Made by a program: the position numbers and the translations under genes. A stretch of DNA of 21,604 nt from Planctomycetota bacterium (lineage in GTDB: Bacteria > Planctomycetota > GCA-002687715 > DRQF01): contig JAZGFI010000221.1 in NCBI GenBank assembly GCA_036479435.1, positions 1 to 21,604 on the forward strand, written 5' to 3'. Shown here piece by piece: positions 8,635 through 17,271 of the stretch. Each line of letters starts with the position of its first letter. The stretch's first letter is position 1. The notes under the pieces were generated by a model. That model worked only from the letters and a program-made list of their open reading frames with translations, was not told the origin of the DNA and did not search any database.

Positions 8635-10251
8635 ATGGCAGAAATCCTTGCAGAGACGTTTCTAGGCTACGTCAACCTTGAACCCGAAGAAGCAACAAGT
8701 TTGGGCTGGATTGGAGTCGAGACGGCGTTGCGTGACATGAGCGAAGACGGCGAAGCTCGCCGGGAGTCGTTTTATCGTGAAGTCCTTTCAGATCTTGCGC
8801 GCCTGGAAAAAACGCGCCATTCAGTCGACGAGGAACTAGACCGCAAGACTCTGCGTCGTCACGCCGAGTTTGAACTCTTCGCCATAGAACTGGGATTTCA
8901 GTGCGCGAATCCTCAGTGGGCTCTTTATCCCTTTGTCATGACTCGCTATCTCGCCGCCCAGGGTCCATCGAGTTCCGCCGAAGCGCTGGTGGAACTCGAT
9001 GGACCCTGGCGCGAGCGAGCCCGCCAAGTCGCGGTGTTTTTGAAGGAACACCAAGGACAACTGCTGAGAGCCAAGGATGCCGGCCAAGTAGCGCACGCGT
9101 CCTTCATCGAGTCCCTTTGCGATGTTGAGCTGCCAGCGGCTCGCCGGTTCTGGGCGACATTGGAGGCAGACGCGAGCGAAGCCGTCGACGAGCACATTGA
9201 ATTCCTGCGGCGCGAGCTTCTTGTCGTCGCCCCCGAAACGTCACGACTGGGTTCGGAAGACTACGCGGAGCGGCTGCGGCTCAGTTATTGCATCGAAACG
9301 CCGCTTGGGGACATAGTAAAGGTAGCGCAAGCGTCGTTAGCCGAAACGCAGGCCGAGATGCTGGCCTTGGCACAAGCCTTGGACTTGCCGCGACGGCCAA
9401 ACACATTTGCCGACGTGGTCGCCCTGATGGGCGAAATGCAGAACAGAACTTTGGCTGAGATCGCTTTGGACACAAAGGGTGTCGAAGAACACTACCGCGA
9501 AATCATGAGCAGAGTCATGAACCACATGGTGGCCATCAAGGAGTTTGAAGCCATCGAAGTCGATGAGCTGGGAATGGATGTCTACCCCGAGGGCATGCGC
9601 GATCGCGGGGCGGGCACGAATTGGCCGGCCCCTTTGCTGAAGCGTTCAGGGCGCGGTCAGTTTGTGATTCATCCCGAACCGGCCGCACATTCGATGGCAT
9701 GGGATCATGTCTTGGCGGTTCATGAAGGAGTGCCGGGCCATTTTCTGCAGTCGCGCGGATTCCAAGGGAAGTTTTCGGAGTCCAAGGCCCCGGTGCGCTT
9801 TCTAGCGGTCGCGGATGATGTCGCGATTCCGCGACTCAACATGTGCGCGATGCTGAATATTGAGGGCTACGCCGTCTACGCCGAAGAGTGTGTGCGTCGC
9901 TCGGGATTCTACGAGACCGAGCAAGAGCTCTTCGCCCTGGCGGCCCATGCCCTCCGCGCCGTGAGGGTGGTCGCCGAGATGCAGTTTCATCGCGGGGAGT
10001 GGAGCAAGGCTGAAACCGAGGCGTACGTGTTAGAGAACTCGGGGATTTCCAATGCCCATTGGGAGTTGGAGCGCTACCAGCGCTGTCCCTTACAGGCCGT
10101 GGCCTACTTCTTCGGAGCCCAGGAATTCTGGAGGCTTCGCGAGCAACTTGAGCTGAGTCGCGGTGAGTCCTTCTCGGCGGCAGCCTTTCATGAAGAGATC
10201 ATGACTTACGGGCCAGTCTTGCCGCAAGACATTGCGAACGTGATAACTTGA
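8635..10251 (+). CDS. DUF885 family protein (putative zincin-like metalloprotein)
   Basis: GGAGG SD at 8625-8629 before ATG 8635. Family motifs AVHEGVPGHFLQ, EGYAVYAE, LRAVRVV, ELERY..P.QAVAY..G and FHEEIMTYGPVLP. No signal peptide. Confidence 0.88.
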   Translation: MAEILAETFLGYVNLEPEEATSLGWIGVETALRDMSEDGEARRESFYREVLSDLARLEKTRHSVDEELDRKTLRRHAEFELFAIELGFQCANPQWALYPFVMTRYLAAQGPSSSAEALVELDGPWRERARQVAVFLKEHQGQLLRAKDAGQVAHASFIESLCDVELPAARRFWATLEADASEAVDEHIEFLRRELLVVAPETSRLGSEDYAERLRLSYCIETPLGDIVKVAQASLAETQAEMLALAQALDLPRRPNTFADVVALMGEMQNRTLAEIALDTKGVEEHYREIMSRVMNHMVAIKEFEAIEVDELGMDVYPEGMRDRGAGTNWPAPLLKRSGRGQFVIHPEPAAHSMAWDHVLAVHEGVPGHFLQSRGFQGKFSESKAPVRFLAVADDVAIPRLNMCAMLNIEGYAVYAEECVRRSGFYETEQELFALAAHALRAVRVVAEMQFHRGEWSKAETEAYVLENSGISNAHWELERYQRCPLQAVAYFFGAQEFWRLREQLELSRGESFSAAAFHEEIMTYGPVLPQDIANVIT

Positions 10252-10322
10252 ATCTCAGGTGCGGGCTCTTGAGCTCGAAGCTTTATCCTCTGACTGTTTC
10301 TCCTCCTTGTGGAGTCTTTGCG

Positions 10323-12437
10323 ATGCGCTTGCTGTTACTTGCGGTGGTCTTTTTGAGTTGCAAGGTCTTGCTGGCTCAAGATGCGTCGTTCGCCGAGGGC
10401 ACGATAGAAGTAGGAGACCGGGCGTTGCCGTATCGTCTGCTTTCGCCGCCCAAGGTAGAGCCCGGCAAGCGCTATCCCCTGATCTTGTTTCTACACGGCA
10501 TGGGTGAGCGAGGCGCTGATAATCGCGCCCAACTCAAGTACCTTCCCACGCTGATGGCGGCAAAGGATCGGCAAGAGAAGAACCCTTGCTTTCTGTTGGC
10601 ACCGCAATGCCCCAAAGACTGCAACTGGAATGCTGTCGATTGGCGTAATATGCGCGCGCGGGGACTCGGCAAGAAAACTTGGTCTCAGCTTGCCGTCATC
10701 GAAGCGCTCAAGAAAGTCGTGCGTTCAAACCCCGTTGATGTCGACCGCATCTATTTGACGGGTCTTTCCATGGGTGGTTTTGGCGCTTGGGAACTTGCCG
10801 CTCGTCATCCCGATTGGTTCGCAAGCTGTGTTCCGGTCTGCGGTGGTGGTGATCCGAAGTTTGCGAGTCGTTTGCTGGGGATGCCTATTTGGGCTTGGCA
10901 TGGGGCGGCTGATCGCGTGGTCCCGCCATCGGCGTCGCGGGTGATGGTGGAGGCTCTAGGCGAGTATGGGTCGTCGCCCTTGAAGTTCTCTGAATTGGAA
11001 GGCGTAGGGCACAACTCTTGGACGGTGGCTTATGGCGATGACGGCGCGATCGACTGGATGTTCGAGCACTCCCGCAGCCTCAAACGAAAACTCGCGGGTC
11101 TTGAGATGCTGCGTCGAACACCGTTGATCCGAAAAGGCGAACGCATCGCCTTTTTAGGCGATTCGATTACCCAAGCCGGGGCTGGTCCGGGCGGCTACGT
11201 TGATCTCATCAAAAAAGTCCTCGCCGCAAGGGGCGATTTGGAAGATGTCGTGGTCATCGGCGCGGGTATCAGCGGGCACCGAGTCCCCGATCTCGAAAAG
11301 CGCCTTGAAAGGGATGTTTTGAACAAGGGTGCGACTTTGGTGTTTATCTACATCGGCATCAATGATGTTTGGCATTCCAGGTCGGGCCGCGGCACCTCCG
11401 CTGAAGATTTCGAGGCTGGCCTCATTCGAATCATCGATCGGATAAAAAAGTCGGGGGCCACCGTCATCCTCGCCACGCCGACCGTCATCGGCGAACGCGC
11501 GACTGGCCGCAACGAGCTCGATGAGATGTTGGATCAATTTTCGGCCATCAGCCGCAAGGTCGCGGCGCAGGCGAAGGTCACTACCATGGACCTCAGAACC
11601 GAAATGACCGATCACCTCGCCGTTCTCAACGCGAGCGATCTCGCCAAGGGCATCTTGACGACGGACGGCGTTCATCTGAATGCGGCGGGAAATCGATTCT
11701 TAGCCGACCGCACGGCGCGCAGCATGGTTGAGGCCCTTGAACGCCGTGGACCGAAACTTTCGCGCGCCGCAATCGACGGTGCTGGCTGGAAGAAATTGAC
11801 CTTGGCAGACTTCATCAACGTCAACGGCACCAAAGAAACCTGGACCGAACGCGACGGCAGTATCGTCTGCAGCGGCATCCCTCTCGGCGGTGCACGGTCC
11901 AAGATCAAGTACCAGAATTTCGAATTGGTCTTGGAGTGGAAGCACCACCGGCACGCGGGTAACTCCGGTGTGTTTTTGTGGTGCCCAGAGTCAGCCTTCA
12001 CCGATCTTCCGCCCAAAAAGCTGCCTCGCAGCGGCATCGAAGTCCAAGTCTTAGACTTGGGCTACGAAGAAAACTGGGAGAAGTCGAAAGGCTCACCGTC
12101 GAATTGGTTCACTAGCCACGGCGACGTCTTTCCGGTTGGAAGCGCCAAGATGACGGCGCTGACGCCTCAGATCGAGTACTCACGGCCCGACGGTGCGACC
12201 TATACCGTTGGTAACGCCAAGAGTTCGCGCAGCTTCCCGACGAAACGCCTGACGCGCTCGGCCGGACAGTGGAATCACTACTACATCCGCGCCATCAATG
12301 CTGAAGTACGACTGTGGGTTAATGGCGAAGAGGTGAACGGCGGTACTCAATGCTCGCCGTCCACAGGCTACCTCGCCCTTGAGTCCGAAGGTTCCACGGT
12401 TGAGTACCGCAACATCAGATTGCGAGAGTTGCCCTAA
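10323..12437 (+). CDS. Secreted tri-domain protein: alpha/beta-hydrolase esterase + SGNH/GDSL hydrolase + DUF1080 (3-keto-glycoside hydrolase-like) domain (~704 aa)
   Basis: Start revised to ATG 10323 (GGAG upstream), with signal peptide MRLLLLAVVFLSCKVLLA-Q. Domain 1: YPLILFLHG, GLSMGG nucleophile elbow, WHGAAD, GVGHNSW. Domain 2: FLGDSITQ, GISG, IGINDV, DGVHLN. Domain 3: YQNFELVLEWK, GNSGVFL, EVQVLD, GQWNHY, GYLALESEG, YRNIRLREL. Confidence 0.9.
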   Translation: MRLLLLAVVFLSCKVLLAQDASFAEGTIEVGDRALPYRLLSPPKVEPGKRYPLILFLHGMGERGADNRAQLKYLPTLMAAKDRQEKNPCFLLAPQCPKDCNWNAVDWRNMRARGLGKKTWSQLAVIEALKKVVRSNPVDVDRIYLTGLSMGGFGAWELAARHPDWFASCVPVCGGGDPKFASRLLGMPIWAWHGAADRVVPPSASRVMVEALGEYGSSPLKFSELEGVGHNSWTVAYGDDGAIDWMFEHSRSLKRKLAGLEMLRRTPLIRKGERIAFLGDSITQAGAGPGGYVDLIKKVLAARGDLEDVVVIGAGISGHRVPDLEKRLERDVLNKGATLVFIYIGINDVWHSRSGRGTSAEDFEAGLIRIIDRIKKSGATVILATPTVIGERATGRNELDEMLDQFSAISRKVAAQAKVTTMDLRTEMTDHLAVLNASDLAKGILTTDGVHLNAAGNRFLADRTARSMVEALERRGPKLSRAAIDGAGWKKLTLADFINVNGTKETWTERDGSIVCSGIPLGGARSKIKYQNFELVLEWKHHRHAGNSGVFLWCPESAFTDLPPKKLPRSGIEVQVLDLGYEENWEKSKGSPSNWFTSHGDVFPVGSAKMTALTPQIEYSRPDGATYTVGNAKSSRSFPTKRLTRSAGQWNHYYIRAINAEVRLWVNGEEVNGGTQCSPSTGYLALESEGSTVEYRNIRLRELP

Positions 12438-12460
12438 GCCGACATCGCCGAAAACGTAGT

Positions 12461-14086
12461 CTAACGACCGAACAGAAGCTCGAGGCCGTTGGTCGTTGTA
12501 GGCGCGGGGGATAGCTCGGCGGCCTGAAGGTAAAAGCGAAAGCCGAACAAGGTGGGCTCTCGAAGGTTTTCGAAGGCGCGAAAAATGCCGGTGCTATCGG
12601 CCATGAGGTTGGCGGTGAACAACAGGTCGTTGGGAGTGGGGGAAACGTAGAGCGGGAATGGCGTGCCGCCGATGATCGAGTCGGTCGGTGCTAAACTCAC
12701 GGCCACGAGAATCGCAGCGCTTGGAGTGGCGCCGCTGACGACAATGTCGCCGTGCTCAGGAGTGTCGAGGCGTGGCTCCCAGCTGAGTGACAGGGCACCA
12801 GGTGCCGTTCCGTAGGTGTTGGCTCCCATGATGGAGGAGGCAGTAACCGTAACCGCCGCTCCCGCTGCCGCGTCAAAGTCGCACCACAAGAACTCGGCGA
12901 TTCCGTCGCCGTTGACATCAGAGATGATCGAAGAACGGATCGGAAGGTCGGCCAAGATCGTGCCGTCGCTGCCCGAAAAGACACGGCGCGCAAATTCGAT
13001 GTGGATGCCTTGTGAGGACGAAAAGACCTCGTATCGCGTTGTGAAATCTGCAACCCCATCGCCGTTGATGTCGCCGATGGGGTTGTAGCGATCTTGGGAA
13101 TAGATGCCGGTGCCGAGAGTGATACGCGAAAACAAGAGCTGTCCTTGAGCGGAGTGCATCCCCAGCCAGCCGATACCAGAAAGGGCGTTGTTGCGGTCGA
13201 CGCCGTGGACCAACAAGTCGTCGCGACCGTCGCCATCGACATCGCCCACGTTCGATAGTTGCTTTCCGTAGAGATCACCCGCGGTCGCTCCGCTGACCGT
13301 CGCGACGAAGGTTCCGTTGAAGCCGCGAAAAACGTGGACATGTCCGTGGCTTAGCGGCAGGTTGTCAACGCTGACAAGGATTTCGGGAAAGCCATCGTCG
13401 TCGCCGTCGTCACCCCAGTCGAGGCTCATGAAAGTTCCGCTGGGGCAAGAGACGGACTGAAGCACGGCACCCGTGGCGCCGCTTCTTACCTCAGCGTAGG
13501 CTCCGGCATTGATGCCAAGGCTTTGACCAATGAGCAGGTCAAGCACGCCATCTTGATCAAAGTCCTTGCCGCAGCGAATCTCAGCTCCGTAGCCCGCCAC
13601 TGGAGAGGCGAGCGGTTCCCAATGGTGGACGGTTGAACCGTCAAACCCGGAAAAGATGAAGACGTCGGAACGGAAACTCGTACCGCCAAGGCCGCTCGTT
13701 GGCTCAAGGTCGTTGGCAATGGCAAGGTCTGCAAAGCCATCGCCATCGACATCACCCACATCTATGGCTTGAACGTCGCCAAACTCAAGGTCGGTCACGT
13801 TGAAAGGGCCGTGCAGGTGGATGGATGCGCCCGTCATTCCCGACCGAACATCGACGTAGTTTTCGATCGCGACCACTGAGGTGGAGCCGGGAGCCGTGAA
13901 GATGGTTTTTCGCAGGACCATCGCGAAGTCGTGTCTCCCGTCGCCATCGACGTCGCCGAGGGCACAGGCATCAACCAGCACCTCATCCGCGGCCAAAGAA
14001 AACTGGTACTGGATGGGTAGGGACTGCCCCTGGGCAAGATCGAGCAGGATCACGACAAGCAGCAGGACGGAGCATCGCGCGAACAT
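12461..14086 (-). CDS. Secreted FG-GAP/VCBS repeat beta-propeller protein with C-terminal domain (~541 aa)
   Basis: Start revised to ATG 14086 (GGGAG SD upstream), with signal peptide MFARCSVLLLVVILLDLAQG-Q. About seven degenerate GDVDGDG-type repeats and SGxxG turns. The C-terminal domain ends FGFRFYLQ...TTNGLELLFGR. Confidence 0.85.
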   Translation of the reverse strand: MFARCSVLLLVVILLDLAQGQSLPIQYQFSLAADEVLVDACALGDVDGDGRHDFAMVLRKTIFTAPGSTSVVAIENYVDVRSGMTGASIHLHGPFNVTDLEFGDVQAIDVGDVDGDGFADLAIANDLEPTSGLGGTSFRSDVFIFSGFDGSTVHHWEPLASPVAGYGAEIRCGKDFDQDGVLDLLIGQSLGINAGAYAEVRSGATGAVLQSVSCPSGTFMSLDWGDDGDDDGFPEILVSVDNLPLSHGHVHVFRGFNGTFVATVSGATAGDLYGKQLSNVGDVDGDGRDDLLVHGVDRNNALSGIGWLGMHSAQGQLLFSRITLGTGIYSQDRYNPIGDINGDGVADFTTRYEVFSSSQGIHIEFARRVFSGSDGTILADLPIRSSIISDVNGDGIAEFLWCDFDAAAGAAVTVTASSIMGANTYGTAPGALSLSWEPRLDTPEHGDIVVSGATPSAAILVAVSLAPTDSIIGGTPFPLYVSPTPNDLLFTANLMADSTGIFRAFENLREPTLFGFRFYLQAAELSPAPTTTNGLELLFGR

Positions 14087-14231
14087 GGAAGGTCTCCCCA
14101 AAAGACCAAAGAAGGGTCATGATCTCGATAGAAACGGGAACCCAGTTGTTGCAAGCCCTTTGAGAAAAACAACGCTAACTCAAAGATACTCGGTATGTGC
14201 CCGCTTACGGGACCATCACCGACAGATCATG

Positions 14232-15155
14232 TCATGACCTAACCACGGGCAAGTGCACCTTGAGCTCGAAGTGTTCATAGCCCTGAGCGAAAGGTTTGCC
14301 GATCCAGGCCTCGAAACAGGGTTGATCCGCCGGCAGATAACGACTATTGGGAAGCCAGGTGCGAAACAGCCAATCAATCGCGCGTAACTCAAGGTCGATA
14401 CCACCCCGTATCTCAAGCTCAGCGACCGTCATGGCGGGAAAGTCCATCCGGCCGATCTCGCCCGAGAGTTGTACGTCCGGCACCTCGACGCCAACGTCGT
14501 AACGGCAATCGGCCAAGGGAACGACCTCGGGATCCTCCCACATATAGCCCAGCCATTGACCGCCATCGAGATTGCGCTCTTCGGCCCAGGCCATCAGTTT
14601 CTGTGCGGCATCGCTCACGACATCGGGGCGATAGGGGTCAAAGACCCGCAGGTAGGCCACGCAGCGCGGAGGCAACTCGCGGATAGTGGCGGCGAAGCCA
14701 TCGGGGTTCTCGCCAGCGGGAAGACGCTTCAACCGCTCTGCAATCTTGGGATCGCCGCTGGAGTCTTGAAGTTCTTGCCGCCGTTGGTCGCGGTACGATT
14801 CGAGGTCGAAGGCACTCGGCGGGACGCCGAAACGCTTTTTGAAACTGCGCGAGAAATCTGACGATGAAGCAAATCCGCAGCTGTGCGCTACTTCCGTTAG
14901 CGAAAGAGATCTTTGGTGGCTCATCATGAACAGTGCGCGTTCTAAGCGAACTCGGCCGACGAACTGGTTGAGCGTTTCTCCCACCAGACTCTTGAACACG
15001 CGATGAAAATGAAAGGGCGAAAACAAGGCGACGGCCGCGACGTCCTCTAAGCGAAGGGCTTGGCTCAAGTTGCGCAATATGTAGTCGATGGCGCGGTTAA
15101 CTCGTTCGACGTAGTCGAGCGGGGCCGGGTCTGAGTTTTCGTTCAAGTTTCGCAA
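14232..15155 (-). CDS. AraC-family transcriptional regulator with C-terminal GyrI-like ligand-binding domain (Rob-like architecture)
   Basis: N-terminal double HTH (LEDVAAVALFSPFHFHRVFK; LTEVAHSCGFASSSDFSRSFKKRFGVPPSAF). C-terminal GyrI-like region (EDPEVVPLADCRYDVGV, WLFRTWLPNSRY, PCFE). The TTG start is uncertain. Confidence 0.92.
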   Translation of the reverse strand: MRNLNENSDPAPLDYVERVNRAIDYILRNLSQALRLEDVAAVALFSPFHFHRVFKSLVGETLNQFVGRVRLERALFMMSHQRSLSLTEVAHSCGFASSSDFSRSFKKRFGVPPSAFDLESYRDQRRQELQDSSGDPKIAERLKRLPAGENPDGFAATIRELPPRCVAYLRVFDPYRPDVVSDAAQKLMAWAEERNLDGGQWLGYMWEDPEVVPLADCRYDVGVEVPDVQLSGEIGRMDFPAMTVAELEIRGGIDLELRAIDWLFRTWLPNSRYLPADQPCFEAWIGKPFAQGYEHFELKVHLPVVRS

Positions 15156-15291
15156 GGTATGACAATCTTACTCGAAATGGGAATGGCAGTTGCCCCAAGT
15201 AGAGGGCCTGTTCCAATGGCTTTGCTACGATGCCTTAGTTCGTTGCTCAGGAGGGTCAGCTTTGAATTCGTTATGGCGCGAGAGGTCGCAG

Positions 15292-16683
15292 ATGTGTTGT
15301 CGTCCGTGGAGCCTCTTAATCGTTTTGATTTTCGTTTCGCTTTCCTGCAGCGAACCGTCGGGGCAGGCTGGAGATGCCGCGCATTCTGAAGGCGACCAAG
15401 ATGAGCTGAGCGAACTTATCGTACTGCTTGGATCAGACTCGGAAACGATGGCTCAAATCGAAACCGTACTGAAACAGTCGGTGCGAGACTCTGAGGGCGT
15501 GACGGCGGTCAAGGCAAGGTCCGGCGTGCCGTCTCGCTGGTTGATTGTTGAACTAGATGATAGGAGGCTGCAACGTTCTGGCGTCCAGCCGAGCGAAATC
15601 CTGAGGATCGTTTTCGAAGCGGAAGAACGACTGGGTTCCCCAGAGTCGAGTCAAGGGAAAGACCGCGAGATACTAGGGAACCTTGCCCTTACGACCAAGG
15701 GAGACTCAACCCTGCTCTTGCGCGACGTCGCCCGGATAACGGTGGCAAAAGACCCGAATAACAAGGTGGCGTGGTGGCAAGGCAAGCCAGTTGTGGTCCT
15801 CGACGTTTTCCGAAGGACAAGGGCCAACGCCGAGACGCGGAGCCAACTCCAAAGCCGTATCGTTGACGCGTGCGACAAGCTCAAAGACGAGGTCTTGATC
15901 CTGGCGGCCGAAGAACTTGCGATCATCGACTTCGAGTTCGCCGCGGGCACGTCAATCTATAGGTTTAATGCCCTGGCCGGGGAGATTGAGGCCTTCTTTA
16001 CAGCCGAAGATTCCCCGCTGGTGGAAGTTGATGCTAAGAACGGTGTTATCCGCGTGGTCACCAAGTCAGAGGCCTTCGGCGCGATCAACCAGATCTTAGC
16101 TCGCTTGCCAGGAGCTTCTTTGAAGACAGTTCTGCTTGGGCGTTCGAGTCGAGGGCGTCGCGTCGGATTTGAGATTGAAGGAGAGGCGCCGGCGGCAATT
16201 CGAGAGGTCCGAAAAAGACTAGTTGATGAGATGTCTAGAGTCGACGGTGTCCTGACTTTTCCTACCGTCCAACCTGAAGATTTCTTGCAAACCGAGACGG
16301 TGATTGACGAAAAAAAGGCAGCGCAGTTCGGACTGACCCGATCCGCCATCATGCAGTCGATTCAGTTGAATACCGGCGGCATTCGCTCCCCTCAGAGCCG
16401 CGTGCTCGTCGGCTACTTCGGGACCGGCTTTGATCTCCAGTCTCTCAAAGGCATGCACATCTCGACTCCAGCAGGCACGGCCGTGCCCTTGGCCTTGGTT
16501 GCGACCATGCAGTCACGAAAGATGGCGGTGTCTGAACACCAGGTCGGAATCCTAAAAGCCCGCGTGGGAGTCCTTTTGAACGGAACTGGCTCTGTCGATC
16601 GGCGCCTGAAAGCGGTTCGAGCGGCGGTGGTGGCACTTCCCTTGCCAGAGGGCTTGCGAATCACCGAGGTATCATCGAACTGA
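15292..16683 (+). CDS. Exported (probably lipo-) protein consisting only of AcrB/CusA-like RND periplasmic subdomains, with no transmembrane domain (~463 aa)
   Basis: Start revised to ATG 15292 (GAGAGG SD), giving MCCRPWSLLIVLIFVSLSC, a hydrophobic stretch ending in Cys. RND ectodomain-like motifs: EGVTAV..LIVELDDRRLQRSGV, LLLRDVARI, GKPVVVLDVFRRTRANA, AGTS, FEIEGE, MSRVDGV, IDEKKAAQFGLT, ISTPAGTAVPLALVA, LPEGLRI. No hydrophobic helices after the leader. Confidence 0.75.
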   Translation: MCCRPWSLLIVLIFVSLSCSEPSGQAGDAAHSEGDQDELSELIVLLGSDSETMAQIETVLKQSVRDSEGVTAVKARSGVPSRWLIVELDDRRLQRSGVQPSEILRIVFEAEERLGSPESSQGKDREILGNLALTTKGDSTLLLRDVARITVAKDPNNKVAWWQGKPVVVLDVFRRTRANAETRSQLQSRIVDACDKLKDEVLILAAEELAIIDFEFAAGTSIYRFNALAGEIEAFFTAEDSPLVEVDAKNGVIRVVTKSEAFGAINQILARLPGASLKTVLLGRSSRGRRVGFEIEGEAPAAIREVRKRLVDEMSRVDGVLTFPTVQPEDFLQTETVIDEKKAAQFGLTRSAIMQSIQLNTGGIRSPQSRVLVGYFGTGFDLQSLKGMHISTPAGTAVPLALVATMQSRKMAVSEHQVGILKARVGVLLNGTGSVDRRLKAVRAAVVALPLPEGLRITEVSSN

Positions 16684-16813
16684 CACCTGTGACGGCGATA
16701 GGCGGCGATGCCCTTATGCTCGATGGACCAGCGCGTCGATAAGGCCCGATGGCCCATCGTCGGTTTTGCACCTTGAGCCACGCCCTGACGGCCACGGCAA
16801 GGAGCTGAATCCA

Positions 16814-17011
16814 ATGGCGACCATGGTCTTCTCAGTATTCTTCGGCGCCATCGGTTTCGCCTACTTCATCTACGGAAAAAAGCAGCAACGCATGGTGCCT
16901 CTCGTCGCGGGTCTCGGCCTCTGCGCTTTTCCTTACGTGGTTCCCAATCCCTACGCCGCAGGCATCATCGGCATGGTCCTGACGGCCGCGCCCTGGCTGA
17001 TTCGTGAATAG
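16814..17011 (+). CDS. Small integral membrane protein (65 aa, 2-3 TM helices)
   Basis: AAGGAG SD at 16799-16804 before ATG 16814. The FGAIGFAYFIYGKKQ...GLGLCAFPYVV pattern resembles a widespread small membrane hypothetical family (recollection). Confidence 0.8.
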   Translation: MATMVFSVFFGAIGFAYFIYGKKQQRMVPLVAGLGLCAFPYVVPNPYAAGIIGMVLTAAPWLIRE

Positions 17012-17271
17012 TCCCGGCTGGGTTCGGTCGACCGGTTCTTTCAGTATTTGAAAGCACAATTCTCTCCTCGCCCGTCCTACTTGAGCCACGCGAGGCCATC
17101 ACCCCAGGGCACCACAGGTGTTAGCCCTAGCGATTGCGGACTATCCTTAAGGCAGTGCCTGACGCTTGTAGTAGTAGTCAGCCGCCATCTGAGTCTGGAT
17201 GCTGCTATCGCCACGGAAGATTGCGCACGATCGAAAGCAAGACAAAGGCCACTAAGTTGACTTGTTGAACC

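Noticed and set aside
15292..16683. Calling this a functional acrB/cusA pump or a frameshifted pseudogene
   Set aside because: It has no TM domain, so it cannot pump alone. The ORF is intact, and I saw no hydrophobic RND TM-coding continuation after the stop.
17012..17271. Possible terminator or small RNA between the convergent small membrane gene and catalase
   Set aside because: Only an imperfect hairpin near 17016-17042 and a short (GTA)n run are present, which is not convincing.
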